Positions 25,262 through 39,689 of a stretch of 64,000 nucleotides of DNA are shown here, one piece after another. The number at the start of each line of letters is the position of its first letter. The stretch's first letter is position 1. Below the pieces are notes generated by a model, which was not told where the DNA came from, did not search any database, and worked only from the letters and a program-made list of their open reading frames with translations. Location of the stretch: contig NC_043002.1 of NCBI RefSeq assembly GCF_006345805.1, positions 16,554,001 to 16,618,000 on the forward strand, given 5' to 3'. The stretch is from Octopus sinensis (taxonomy: Eukaryota). The position numbers and the translations under genes are program-made.

Positions 25262-25657
25262 GTGTCTCTCTCTTTCTTTCACAAACAAAAATACATATAT
25301 AAAGGTATATATATATATATATATTGAGAGAGAGAGAGAGAGATAGAGTTATATATATATTTGTGTATGCATATATATGCATATACATACATGTATATAT
25401 ACGTATATGTATACACATATATATCCATATATGTGTATATGTATGTATACATATCTATATACATATATACGGATATATATACGTATATATATATATATAA
25501 TATATATACTATATTTATACATATATATACATACATACATACATACATACATACAGACATATATATAGAGAGGCAGACAAATAGACAGATAGAGAGATAG
25601 ATGCATATGTGTGTTTGAGTGTTTGTGTGTGTGTGTGTGAGTGTGTGTGTGTGTGTG
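25262..25657. repeat. compound TA/GA/TACA/GATA/TG microsatellite
   Basis: Direct reading. Confidence 0.9.
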
Positions 25658-27785
25658 GATAGATTTCTAGATATGAAGCCCAAATATGCATACAAAAATC
25701 GGTAAGGAAGGAAAGACGACTAACACTACTAAAACCTTTCAACTGCTGTTATCACCAGGAGGCCATCAAAGAGAGAATATCAACCATCAGTTTGTGAATT
25801 TCATGCGAAATGCATGTGAAGGTCCCAAAGTGATATCACGAAATATTTAATTTATTTCAATTGACTTTCCCTACTCTTACATCATGGCGTTAATGAAATC
25901 TACTGAAACCGGTGGCTTACATTGATGGAAAGATAAGACGTTTTCATTCTTATATCCATGACAATGCTCTGAAAGTATTTTCTTCCTTTTTTTCTTATAG
26001 AAAATTACTCATCGGAAGCTTCTGAAACTTCTTAATACACACAAATACACACATACACACACATGCACACACTTGTAGGCAGTGTTGGATAGATAAAAAG
26101 CCTGATAATTTAGGATGCATTTCTTCGAATTTATGTAAATGTATGCAAGTGCACATGTTAACGGCATCTGCTTATATATCTGATATGTGCAAATATGTGG
26201 TGTTATGTTTTACACTATATATGAGTCGTGTTACCTTCTACTCGTAGCAAAACGTATAATTCTGAAAAAAACCTTCCACTCAAAATGATATCCTGACATT
26301 TTGTATTCATAGATTGTTATATTAGTCCAGGATATAGCAAAAACCATTTTCATTGTGATTAATTTTTCCCAACTTCTTGGCTCGTAGATCATCTCCATTT
26401 CTTATTTACACCCGGTTCCCTTTTTCCGAAGTCAACAATTGTCTCAACTACGTTTTAACTGAGCTTTTTTCCTACCAAAATTCTTTTTCTCATTTATTTC
26501 TGTTCATATGAATCGGTCATTTGCATTTGCACTTTGTTCCAGTCTTTTCACACGGATGCTAATAGAACCTTTAGCGCGTACTTCAAAGACGTTGCAGCTT
26601 TTCTCCTGGCTCTTTTAGGTTTGATTTCAAATCACGTCTAAATCAGTTCTGTCTGCACATTTTCAAGCTCGATGAAATAATCTACCTTCTCTAATCCTGA
26701 GATCGATACCCTATACCATAAGTTCTCTCCCCTAAAATTGCGGACCTTTTGCCAACATTTAAAACGATTATTTCCTTTATTCATTTATTCCTGCTTTTCC
26801 TCTTCTTCCGTCCTTTTGTTCATGTACAACAAATAATCAACTCAAGCAAAAAGGCTTTCGCTCATGCTCAAGGAATATGAACAATAAAAACCTGTGAAAA
26901 AGATGAATAAAGAAAACACGTGAGATCTAAAGAAAAAACTCCACAACACAACGAAATACCTTACTCTATTACTCACCAGACAATTATCGTCTTCTTGTCA
27001 GAAACATTAGTTGCTGAATATATAAAGCTAATACAGTAAACAGTTTAGACGCTGGAAATAAAAATGTGAAATGCAACTGTTTTAAAACGTGTAGAGAGGT
27101 AAAAGTATTACAAGGTTCTAGATTTCAGAATCTCTTTTCATAGTTTCCAGAGTATAGAGCAATTCTTAGTATAGTTGACACACTCATTTACTTACCGGAA
27201 TTTCTGAATTATTCATCCCACTTTGAGAATATCAGCAATTGCTTCTGTTTTGTGAATCCACGTTTACATTGAAATTCATCATTAAACGGCCACTCCCACA
27301 GTTTTGATGGGTTTTTTTTATCGTGTATAAAAAGTCCTGTGATGTTTATTAGTTGCTACTCTTGGCGTTTTTTAAACGTTGCTTTGCAATAACTAACAGA
27401 AATAATTCTTCAGAAATAGTATATATTTGAGCATAAAAAGTATTATAGTTTAATTTCTGATTTATTGATTGAGTTATTATGTGTCCTTCTACATGAATGT
27501 GAGTGCTTGACAATGTGTAATAAGAGTGTAAATTCTGGCAAGCATGACTGTATGTGTTTGCGTGCATAACTTATATTGAAAACATGCTGCAGAGAAAGAC
27601 GCCGCACAATATTCGCACACTGTTAGAATAAATTTAAAATGGGTGATATTCGATGTTAAAGTTTCTTATGCAGTAATTTTTTCCTAAAGCAGATGTATTA
27701 AGAACTCTGATAAGAAATTTTAATCTGGAGTTTATGGTGATGTGAGTGATTCAGAGAAATGAAAATCTTACACAACTTACGGCAT

Positions 27786-27841
<56 letters not shown>

Positions 27842-27940
27842 AATTGTTGTGCGTACACATACGTATCTACACATATATTCAGACTTCCACACACACGTTT
27901 ATATATATACGCGTACGTGCAGACTTTTATGTTACTCTAC

Positions 27941-27974
<34 letters not shown>

Positions 27975-29111
27975 TCATATGCATGCGCTCACACTCATAT
28001 GCATACATGTAACTTAATGTCTCTTGACACAAATATGTATTCTGAAACAATCAATATACCAGACGTTTAAGTGTATAAGTTTTAATTAGTACGGAGCGCA
28101 CTTAATAGTCTTTCACTAATGTCTGCACAGTGAGCATCGATAATTAAGAATATTATGAATGCAACAAATTATGTAAAGATTCCAAAATATATCATTAGTC
28201 TCTATGTTATTGATTTCTTACATTGGCACATTGCCACAAATTAATCGACCCTAATATATATAATTCCCCCTAGTAAATACTGGATAATTATTTCATCTAT
28301 TCTGAAATGATAAAAGTTAACATCGACCCTGGTAGATTTGTTATTCTGTAATTCGCTTTTCATGTAGTGGGGCCAATACTATTTCAGCTTCTACACTACT
28401 AACAATGTCCACGAATAGGATAAGAATTTATTTAACTATTCATTCATTTATTTATTTGTATGATCAAAAATAAAAGTCAGTGGAGAGAATCTTCTGATAC
28501 TGGAAGATCTGAGAAATAAATGTTGAAAAATGTTTGATGCATTGTTTGAGGGTTTTTTACAAAGCAGCCATGATTAAGTTCTATATTGGTTACTTTTGTT
28601 TAAAGTTATTTATGTTGTGCTATAATCATTGGGATCAGAGGATGTGTTGAATTGAAGAGCACAAACTGGTGTCAACTCTATAGAGAGAGATAGAGACAAT
28701 TCATTACGAAAATGAAGCAAGGGCGTGTAATGCTTACCAGATGTTTAGTGGGTTAAATGTTTTGAAAAGATGTGTGATAAAATGTGGTGTAATAATCTTG
28801 TTGTCAATTAAATACGTGCAAATTAATTTCTTGTTATCTCTCCAGAAACTAATAATATTACTAATTCTAAACCTGACAAGAAGCATTCATTAAAAAGTTG
28901 TCAATCATGTTTGCATTAAGGTGAAGAGGAGGAAATTCCGTAACAAGTGTTGTTACAGTAGAATTAGAGCTTCGCACTTGCTATTTTTAGATCAAAACAT
29001 GTTTATTTCTTGTTGAATAAGGTTCTCATTACAGACATCTGGAACATACAGATAAAAATTGGAATAAACCCAATATATTATTACTGTATATCGCATTCAT
29101 AATACAAGGTT

Positions 29112-29935
29112 TGCATAGAGCGGCGTGTTTGCAAAATTGATAGCACGTCGGGCGAAATGTTTAGCAGTATTTCTTCTGCGATTACGTTCTGAGTTCAAAT
29201 TTCGCCGAGGTCGACTTTGCCTTTCATCCTTTCGGGGTCGATTAAATAAGTACCTGTTACGCACTGGAGTCGATATAATCAACTTAATCAGTATGTCTGT
29301 CCTTGTTTGTCCTCTCTGAATTTAGCCCCTTGTGGGTAGTAAGAAAAGGAACAATTCTTCTGCCGTTACGTCCTGAGTTCAAATTCCACCGAGGTTGGAT
29401 TTGCCTTTCATCTTTTCGGGGACGATTAAATAAGTATCAGTTACGCACTGACGTCGATGTCATCGACTTAATACCTTTGTGTCTTTTTGTCTGTACCCTC
29501 TATATTTAGGGCCCTGTGGATAATAAATACAAGGATATTATAGGGTGGCGAGCTGACAGAACCGTTAGCACGCCGGGCGAAATGCGTGACAGTATTTCGT
29601 CTGCCGCTACGTTCTGAGATCAAATTATACCGAGATCGACTTTGCCTTTCATCCTTTCGAGGTCGATAAATTAAGTACCAGTTACGCACCGGAGTCAATA
29701 TAATTGACTTAATCCATTTGTCTGTCCTTGTTTGTCCTCTCTGTATTTAAACCCTTGTGCGTAGCAAAGAAATAGGTATTTCGTTTGCCGCTACGCTCTG
29801 AGTTCAAATTCCGCCGAGTTGGACTTTGACTTTCATCCTTTCGGGGTCGACGCAGTGGGGTCGATGTAATCGACTTAATCCCGTTGTCCTTCTTCGTCAC
29901 CGCTATGCTTAGACCCCTGTGGGAAATACAGAAAT
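29112..29935 (+). mobile_element. tandem cluster of SINE family A units (full+partial, full+partial)
   Basis: Four repeats of the GAGTTCAAATT...GCCTTTCATCCTTTCG block at about 29112, 29353, 29541 and 29776. Confidence 0.85.
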
Positions 29936-30225
29936 AAATACAAAGTTTGTATGGCAGAATGGAAAATCGTCAAATAAAGTACATTTAGTTGTGGTTCACT
30001 ACATCTTCCGTTCTGATCACACCGAGATTGAATTTAACATAAACACACTCCTCAAGTTTCATAAATTATCTACTAATTTAGCATTGAGGTTAAGTTAACC
30101 ATAGGTGGTCCTCACCAACAATACATATGGGTGTTGCAGAAAAGTCATGATCAAATGGTTTACATTGTATAAGCTATAAGGTTCATAAAGAATTATAGTG
30201 AATTACTAAATGTAATATAATGGGA

Positions 30226-30512
30226 GTGGAGGCACATGGCTTAGTGGTTAGAGCAGCGGACTGGCGGTCGAGGTATCGCGAGTTCGAAACTCAGATCGGG
30301 GTGAAGTGTGTGTTTATGAGTGAAACACCTAAGCTCCACGCGACTCCGGCAGAAGGTAATGTCGAATTTCTGCTGACTCTTTCGCCACTTGTTTCTCTAA
30401 CTCTTTCCTCCTGCAACGGACCGGCGTCCCGTCAAGGTGAGGAACCTATACGCCAAGGAAACCGGGAAACCGGGCCTTACGAGCCAGGCGTGGCTCGTGA
30501 AGAAGCAAACAA
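30226..30512 (+). mobile_element. SINE family C
   Basis: GTGGAGGC..TGGCTTAGTGGTTAG (A box), GAGTTCGAAAC (B box), ACACCTAAGCTCCACG, GGCGTCCCGTC, GAAACCGGGAAACCGGGCC. Confidence 0.8.
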
Positions 30513-30529
30513 TATCATGGGAAGCATGA

Positions 30530-30722
30530 AGGCAGCAAGCTGGCAGAAACATTAGCACGCCGAGAAAAATGATTAGCGGCACTTCATCCGTCTTTACATT
30601 CTAATTTCTAATGCCGCGAAGGTCAACTTCGGCTTATATCTAGAGGAGGAGTTGGGTCGATTTAATCCTCTTGCCCCATTCCCCGAACTTGGTAGACTTG
30701 TGCCAAAATTTGAACCTAATAT
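30530..30722 (+). mobile_element. diverged family A-variant SINE
   Basis: AGCTGGCAGAAACATTAGCACGCCG head and CTTGTGCCAAAATTTGAA end. Confidence 0.7.
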
Positions 30723-31499
30723 GATGAGAACACAATAAATCAATCAAGCAAATAACTGCCCAATATATTTTAAGAGAACTATGCTAAGTATTTCCCTAAT
30801 AATTAAAATGGACTGATTAGATGTGAAATTTAAGTAGTTTATGGTAACATTTTGGGCTATTATAAAATTATTTGTGACGGTGTCGAATCAGCATCGAAAA
30901 TTCAAATCAATCATGAACGGTCGCAACTTAAACGCTTTTACCAAAAATTTTGATATCTATTAATCATTAATGATGGAAATTTCAATTTTGTTGCAGAACG
31001 TACAATATTTATGTATACCTACGTCTTTGCATTCACCTAACTCACTATGAATTATTCAGCCATCTGTTTACGTTTACATATATGTGTGTGTGTGTTTGTG
31101 TGAGTGTAAATAATGCTTATAGTGGCATACAACAAACATATACGAATGTTTGTGTATTGCTGCTATTTCCATTAGCCTAATTGAAAATCGTAAAAGAGAC
31201 ATTGTCCATTCCAGACTGTTGCACGCCACTGAAAATTGAAGTAATATAACTGACGGCATTTAATAAAAGACTACTGATGTTCATTGTAGCTAAATAGTAG
31301 CTATTTTCGTTTTTGTAATCGATTTATGAAAAATGCTGTCGGTCAGCCTAAGGCGTGAAGTACAATTGTCAAACAACTCCCCATGCAGTCTTAATCATAA
31401 AAGTCACACTGTGTAGTGCAGCCTTTGATAGACTATGCCTAAAACAAATAGAAGACTGTCTTGCTTAGAGTGCATACGATTATTTTCTTTCAATTTTAC

Positions 31500-31729
31500 T
31501 TTCTGTTCTTTTAATAGTTTTAGCTATTATAATGCGGCCATGCTGGGGCACCGCCATGAAGAAATTTCAGCCAAAAGAAACGACACTAATACTTACATTT
31601 TTAAGCCTCGTGCTTATTTCATCGATCACTTTTGGCGAGCCGCCAAGTTATAGGAACGTAAACACACCAACATCTGATGTCAAGCGGTGGTGGGGAACAA
31701 ACACAGACTCATGAGTATGTGTACACACA

Positions 31730-31761
<32 letters not shown>

Positions 31762-31980
31762 CTTACATATATATATATATGTGTGTGTGAGTGTGTGTGT
31801 GTGTGTGTATGTGCGTGTGTGTACACGACGAGCTTCTTTGAGTTTCCAACTACCAATATAAAACCTTTGGTCGGCCCGAGGCGGTAGGTGAAGACATTTT
31901 CCCAGGTGCCGTGAAGTTAGACTGAACTCAGAAACAGGAGGACGGGAAGCAAGTAAGTTACCATACAGTCACACCTGTGC
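31500..31980 (-). mobile_element. SINE family B, diverged, with expanded internal (TA)/(TG) microsatellite
   Basis: GCGGCCATGCTGGGGCACCGCC, GTAAACACACCAACATC, TTGGTCGGCCCGAGG and GAAGACA...CCCAGGTGCC blocks are present. Confidence 0.8.
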
Positions 31981-33714
31981 TTAACTGTTTTGCCTTCTGG
32001 CATTCATAATTGAGGTAGCGTCTATGGAATTGTAAATGCAATGTTTGTTAACGAAAGACTAAATGATTGCGAATAAGCGTACATTACTGTTGTCTACGCC
32101 TATTTATCGAGGGCATTCTTTTGTCTAGTACTTCAAAGAAGACCGGAATAGATTTTCATTTGAATTACCAGAATAATAAAAACAACAACCTTTATATCAA
32201 TTGATATCGTAAGAGGAAATGAAAGTTATTAACCAGAGTGTTATTTTCTCGTTTATCAGGAACATTCATATAGAGTCAACCATACCATCAAAGCCATCGT
32301 TCCAGGATCTATTCTCAATGTACTCTTTATAATAACTACCTTAAATCTACTTTACTTAGTTGATATTGTTGTAAAAATTATATGTGCCGTTATGAGTTTC
32401 GCCTATCTTTATGACATGTAAGAATGTTATTTGAAAATAGTTGAAATTACTAAATCAATGTCGCGTGCAATACGAACACAAATTTTGAAAACGACACACA
32501 TCTTGTTATATGAGTTTCACAGTACTTATGATGGTACCGGTGGTAGTCGTGGTAGTGTTGGTAGTGGTGCTTATCATCGTTGTTATGATGATTATGGTGG
32601 CCGTGGTTGAGGCGAAATTAACTTATAACATTGGCAGAAGGCCAGATATCTTAGGTTAGTGGAGCTGTCGAATATATTCTGTGTAACTTTTACATTTGTA
32701 GGTCAGTAAAAGCACAATTTATCAACAATGGAACGAGGAAAAGGTCAAAGTTGGACTCAGTGGGGTTGATAACAGAACGTACACGCAGAAACAATAACGC
32801 GAATCCATTTTTTTTTTCTTTCGAGGTTTTAACTTTTCGAACACTCTACTGCTCGGTATTCGTGCTGCGATATTCGGAATAGTGTAAGATTTGCCACTTT
32901 TGCTTTTGTTGCTTGTTATTATTGTTGTTACTTTCCTCTATTTCTATTTTCTCATTAGAGAATATGCAGCACAATTTTTTCTATTAATTCTTCACTATAA
33001 TATCGATTTCCTCTTTTTCTCAATGTACATTCTGTTGTGCATTTTGATTTTCTGTTTTCCATTTAGCCATTTTAAAATTTAGTCATGTCGCATAAATATG
33101 TGTGACAGCCAGTCTGAATGAGTTTGCAATGTTTATACCAAAAACAATATTAATAAATTTCGTGAAAACCTTATCTTTTCTCTCGTTTTTTTTTCTTATT
33201 ATAGATTTTACTATTAATATCCTTGTTGTCGCTGTGCCTTTGTTTGTGGTCATGGCCATCTGAGGTCCCCCCGCTACTTCTATTTATTGTAGAGATATTG
33301 CCTGTGATTAAGTAGATGTAATGGCGCTGTTACTGTTTCACGCTTTCGTTTATTTATCGTTGATAATGTTATTGTTGTTTCCTTTCCTATAATTATTGCT
33401 GTTTCTATATCTGCTAGATGTGGAATAACAATAATGGAACTGGTAGTCATTTGGCTAATGACAGGAGAAGCAGGGTGGGCCGTCGAAAATTTCAACACCA
33501 TATTTTAATTCTTTAAGAAAATGGTTGTTTTTAATTTCCTTACTCTTACCAAAATGTCTGTCCTTTTGCCACACTTGTGGCTGTATCTATTGATTATGAC
33601 CGGTTGCGAAGACACCTCGTTCCCCAGGGCTGCTTCTAGAAACTAAAGTAAGTTTAACTCTTTCCAAGATATTGGAGCTAAACGTAGAATAATCACAGGA
33701 GCAGTACAAGTCGC

Positions 33715-34578
33715 AGCCGACTGTTGCTATTTTTGTAGCAGATTTTCAAGTGGATCAAGCCTTGACCTCCTTGGTCTCTGGGTAGGTAAAGATAATCTGC
33801 ACCTGTCTTTGGGTGTTGCATCGTATTGCAAGTCAAACGCTTACGGATTTCTCTGCCAATCTTCTGCATTTCTGTCATATTCCAGTTCAGCACATTGAAA
33901 CTGTAAATAACAGCGGGAACTGTTAAGGAATTTATAGCTAAGACCTTGTTATATTAATTTAACTCGGATTTTAGGAATCCTTGAATCTCCTGTAACACTC
34001 CACCCTGATCTTCTTCATTCCTGAATGAGAGAGCCCTCATTTATTCCGAGGTATGCAAGTTTGTTACTGCTTAATTTCTTTTATGACTGTGTCAACATTA
34101 AACTCCAATGAATGTGAGGTCCTCGAGTTCAATTTCTGGTAAGTCACCTTGGCACATTTATCAAGACCAAATCCCATCTCAATATCATCACTGAATGCTT
34201 TCACATTACGTAGTAGTCCTTCAAGGCCGTTATTGTTTTACCATTTTAAGTCATGCATATAAAACATGACTTATTTTCTTGATGCCAATTTTATAACCAT
34301 ACACTTTTCTGGTAAGTTCACTTGTAAGGGGTGTTAGGGCTAAGCAGAAAATTAACGCTGGAAGTTAGTGATCTTGGAAGATGCCACAGTTGATGTTAAT
34401 ATTTTTTGTGGTTAGTACTCCACTACAGTAGAATAGTTGGAGATTCGTATTCCACATTGAAATGTTGTACTCCAGGAAGTTTGAAATCACAGGAGAAATT
34501 TTGAAGATATCCAGCGGTTTCAATATCCATGAATGCGGTATGCTGTCGGAAGCCTCTTTTATAATAAAACCATGCCTT
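33715..34578 (-). mobile_element. R4/Dong-type LINE RT-domain relic
   Basis: (K)ASDSIPHSWILK, CGIFQDH*LPALIFCLAL, YMHDLK, FSDDIEMGFGLDKCAK, IRKRLT...HPK...LYLPRDQGGQGL. Its 5' end abuts the (TAA)n array at 34579-34681. Confidence 0.85.
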
Positions 34579-34597
34579 ACTATTATTATTATTTTTA

Positions 34598-34636
<39 letters not shown>

Positions 34637-34681
34637 GTTATTATTTTTATTATTATTGTTATTATTATTATTATTATTATT
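34579..34681. repeat. (TTA)n array between two Dong-like relics
   Basis: Direct reading. Confidence 0.95.
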
Positions 34682-35630
34682 CAGTATTTTTATTCAGCAT
34701 TCTTACTTTTATCACGTGCTTACACTGCATTACCCTGCGCAGCCCTCTGTGCCTTGTGTCAGTGCGATGATTCGTTTTAGGGGTGTTATTTTTACTGTAT
34801 TGAAAATATTTTAAGTAGAATATCCTCAGTGCATAGTAGTGCTATTTGCTGTAATATATAAATATCGATAGATTGATAGATAGTTAGATAAATAGGTATA
34901 TGTATATAGGTATATGTATATATATATATATACATATATATGATATATATATATATTCGTGTGCCCTGTTGCTTTTGTTATGTATTTGTCTGTAAGTTTT
35001 TTAATCATACTCATTGCATCTGTTATCTCCATGTTCAGAATTTGTATTTTGATTATTTCTCCTTTTCATTTACAGATATATAGTCATCTATTGGAATTGA
35101 TTCGAAGATAAGGCATGATTATTCTTGATGATCTCTGCCAACAATATCCGGTATTTTACCCTTCATCTCTCTATATGTGTGTAATCACATATTCCAGAGT
35201 AGGGTTGCTGGGTCATTTTCTGAGATATAGTTGTTTTTCTGTAGATGACATTCTATAGTGTTTGCGTAGCTTCCAAAGTATTTAGGTCCCAATTCGGTCA
35301 TATCTGTGGATATATTCCTTTTTAGCCAGAACTGGTCAGCCAGAGATGATTACTCTTTCCCATCGCCACGTTATGTGTTTCTCTTGGCTTCTGATGGGCA
35401 GGCAATTGATCTTGGTCTGCAATGAAAAATTCTTCAGTCTCTACTTTCAGTTCTGAGCTTCTCAACTATTGTTGGGACTTCTTCTTTGTTTAAATTATCT
35501 CATCATTTGCCACGTAAGTTCTTTTTTTGCCATTGTTTTATCATGGTGATTTATTGTACCAGTTTAAATTTAGATTTAACTTGATTTAAAGATATCGCTG
35601 TTTACTCTGTTTCTTTGTGTTATTCGGCGT
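34682..35630 (-). mobile_element. R4/Dong-type LINE 3' half (zinc knuckle + RLE + 3'UTR) with (TAA)n tail
   Basis: QWQKKNLRGK, LKVETEEFFIADQDQ, IISG*PVLAKKEYIHRYDRIG, LLWNM*LHTYRE...PDIV, EKEK*SKYK, MIKK, QQIALLCT...FSIQ*, then a 3'UTR and TAA repeats. Confidence 0.85.
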
Positions 35631-35644
35631 TCTTACAGAACACG

Positions 35645-35745
35645 TCTTCTTCTTCTTCTTCTTCTTCTTCTTCTTCTTCTTCTTTTCTTGCCCTTCATCT
35701 TCTTCCACAATTTTTGAATTTCTCACCTATTATTATTATTATTAT

Positions 35746-35776
<31 letters not shown>

Positions 35777-35825
35777 ATTATTATTATTAATATTATTAAT
35801 ATTAATATTATTATTATTATTAACT
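35645..35825. repeat. (CTT)n and (ATT)n microsatellites
   Basis: Direct reading. Confidence 0.95.
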
Positions 35826-36266
35826 TTATTGTTGTTCTTGCGATTCTTCGTCTTCCTTTTCTCCTTCTTATTATGATTATTATTTTAAGACAGTCAAATT
35901 TTTCAGGGGCCAAATGTTACAAAAACTGTCTGCGGCATATTATTTGCCCTTACGTTTCCCGTCATACTGTATGCTTATTATTACGACTATTATTAGAAGT
36001 GCTAGTATTCTTAGTTTTAGTATTAGTAATATATAGGAAAGTACGTATCTCCATTTTGCATCGTAATTCTACGTTCGGGTGATTGAGAAAATTCAATGAA
36101 ATATTCCACACAAAAGTAGTCGATATCCGCATTTATTTCTCCACTACAAAATGTTCCGTTCAAAGAGATATCATCTCCCTTGCATGGAAATAGCAGCGTT
36201 ATATGCGTGCATATATTTAAGCAAATGTATTTGTCCCAAACATATTCAATGCTCACATTACACATA

Positions 36267-36302
<36 letters not shown>

Positions 36303-36515
36303 ACACGCTTGATGTATTTTCAGCACTCATCTCGTCTAAAATGTTCCATATATTTTTATCCTGCAGTATGAAATGCGACAAAATTATAGATGACTTATAT
36401 TAAGCATTCATATTGATTTTACATAAAAAAAAACATCTTAGTTTCATTCAGGTGTTTGTAGTTAAAAATTTGTATTTATATCAATGTGTTTTAAGCAATA
36501 TTTACCTCATATATA

Positions 36516-36572
<57 letters not shown>

Positions 36573-37064
36573 ACATTTATATATATATATATATATTATA
36601 TATATATACGTATAAACATAAGAGAGAGAGAGCGAATGAGTGAGAGAGAGAGAGATGCTGTACAGAGAAACGCTATGTTATTTCGCGCAAAATATTGCAG
36701 GTTTAATTAACATATTTCTCCATTAAACGTTTGGTAAGACATATTTTATTCTGTGCAATGCAGAATTTTCCGACATTTCAAAATTTAGAATTGCAATATA
36801 ATTTATATAATTCACTGTATTTTTATGTAGGGCAATATACAATTAATTTCAGGCAATCACAATCAGAAATGCTTATATGGAAAGGAATATATCAGTTATA
36901 TGTATATTAATGTATGTGTATGTGCGGCTGTCTGTCTGTGTGTGTGCGTATGTATATATACCTATATGTATATCAATGAATATATATGTATCCAGGAATC
37001 ATATACATATTTTTTCATATTATTAATCTGTTATATTTATAGTTAAATATATACATATGCATGC

Positions 37065-37124
<60 letters not shown>

Positions 37125-39689
37125 TTGTGTGTGTGTGTATGTGAGTGTGTGTGTGTTTGTATATGTGAGTGTGAGATTTTCTGTGTGTTTTTATGCGTAT
37201 ATAAATATCCTATATCTATTCGTGTAAGCGTATACCTAAAATTATGTGTCTGTGTAAGTGCACAAATTTTTCCTCGTTTTATGTTTCATTATAAACTCTT
37301 TAAGCCGCGGGTTATTAGGCTTTTAATGTACATTACTTTCATATATAATCCTGATGTCTATGCAGAATATCTAGATTTACGCTTAATGCGTTTGTATGTT
37401 TTTTATATAGTTCGCTAAAACGTGTTCAATATTGTATTTTTTTTTACTGTGCTTATAGGCATACTTCTTGAAAATTTTGATTTGTTACAGCGAATTCACC
37501 TCATGAATCCCTTACCATATAAACACACATAAATTAGTACACATACACATGCTTGTTCAAATAGATGTGAGATTACACATAAAAATACACACAGAAACAG
37601 ACACACATACATGTATATAAATATATATATATATATATAATGTATATGTCTGTCTGCATGCATATGTATATAAATATATATATATACATATATGTGTGTG
37701 TGTGTGTTTCTGTATGTGCGTATAAATATACGTGTGTGTATCTGTGACTGTGTCTGTGTGTGTGTGTGTGTATGTGCGTCTGTATTTAGTCATACTCCGT
37801 TTTAGTAATTGACTATTCTATCTGTTTCAACTAAATTTATGGCCTTGGAGGCTGGAAAATCACTTGGCCCAAAATTGTGCAAAGTTTGTATTTTACAAAT
37901 TAATGGAAGATTAATGTAAACGGTACCTTGAATTATTTTGATCCGGAGAGCTTTGTTATACTATTTCATTGCTAAGAAAAAAAGGAAATGAATAATAATT
38001 CTATGAAAAGTCGTATAATGTGAATTTCTCTCATACTTGAAGAAAACATAAAATTGCAACAAAAACTTATATTACAGCAAACTCTCCTACATGATACTTA
38101 CCAGATGCTCCCTTCGTAAAGTTTATTGATTCCTTACTGTCCATGAGACATTGCATCGTAACTTATTCATCGTAATTCACATACTATGTTCCCCACTTTA
38201 CACTTTTTTTCTTTTCCTTATTCTAATTTTAGTATTTCATCCGTGAAGAGACGTTTCACGTGACCACATTTAACCTCACTCTACATTCTTCTAGCCAACG
38301 CTTTTTTCATGCTATCGAATTGTTTAAGCTCGATTTGTTTTAATCTATTATGAATATTGCTATTATAGTGAATCTAACAATTTGTAAATACAGACCTTTG
38401 TTGCTTTTTGAATCGCCGTATAGGCAAAGTAGCGGTCTCTTTATGTATGTCTTGAACTTCATGAAAAAGCAAAATGCGATCCTGCTTTCGTCATCTGTAT
38501 GATCACGGCGGATGAAAGTACCGCTTACGATTAAAATGCCATAACAAAACAATATATTTCGTTTGACTCGTAAAGTCCATCATCAAGCAAAAGAAAAGTG
38601 AAAAAAGCAATCTCGTTATGTCTGAAATGTAGTGACAAAACGGTTATAGTCTTTTGCGACAATGAAAATCATTAATCATTGATATTTCTCTCCATTCAGC
38701 TGAACAGTATTTTAGCGACTTACTAAGGCGATTGAAAAAATATGTGCACAGAGAATGCTGAAACTGCGACAACACTATGACAAATGGTTATTTCGCCATG
38801 ACAACGTTGTCGAATATACGATTCATATGTTTCACTGTATGAATTAACTTTATTTTCAAGAATATTTTCCTTTCAATTGTACTTATATATTATCTCAGTT
38901 TTCTCAGAACTTGATGTTTTGCAATGTTATTTATCTCTCTGAAGAAAAAATATTTTTTTCCTTTATAATTGTGAAGCAGTTAAACCAAAAACATTGCAGT
39001 AGATATTTTTTTCTTCTCTCATTTGAATTTGATATCCATTTTTAACGTTATGTTCATTGGAGCAAATTTATTAAGTATTTTATAAAACAAATCGAGCGTA
39101 ATTATGTTCATGATATTTCATATGTTTCCGTTTATCCCCGATTTCCATACGACTGTAACTACGAAGAGTCATTTCACTATATTGCCATTTACACTGACGC
39201 GGGCATCGCATGTACATGGATTTCTGTTTGACATGTTTTAAAAAAGATCATGTAGACTTACGTCATTTTCAAAAGTCTCTTACTTTAGCTGTGCATATTA
39301 TCAACTAACTCAAAATGTATGGGCTCAAAACACAACAAATTTAGACTAGATTACATATTGATAAATTTTGTGATATAATAAAGAAGCATTTGATTGGTTA
39401 TCCTTTGAAAGTATGGCTCTTCCTCGAGATACATAGCGTAAAAGAAAATTGCCGGACATTGGCCGGTTGTAGTAAAGGAACTGAATGATGTTCCTTTGCA
39501 GATTCAGACAATGATACTTCGTGAATGAACTAAATATCAAGAAACAAAGAATATGAGACAGTTGGGAGGAATTGAAATTTCTAACAGAAAATATATCCCA
39601 GAGAAGGGAGATAAGGAACAAAATGCTTATTCTATATAAGAATATCGCGTACTAAATGCTTACTGATATGTTTCTGAATGTAAATGTGG

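Noticed and set aside
29112-29935. CRISPR-like repeat-spacer appearance
   Set aside because: Units are 160-240 bp SINE bodies with Pol III boxes; there are no unique spacers or cas genes, and the context is eukaryotic.
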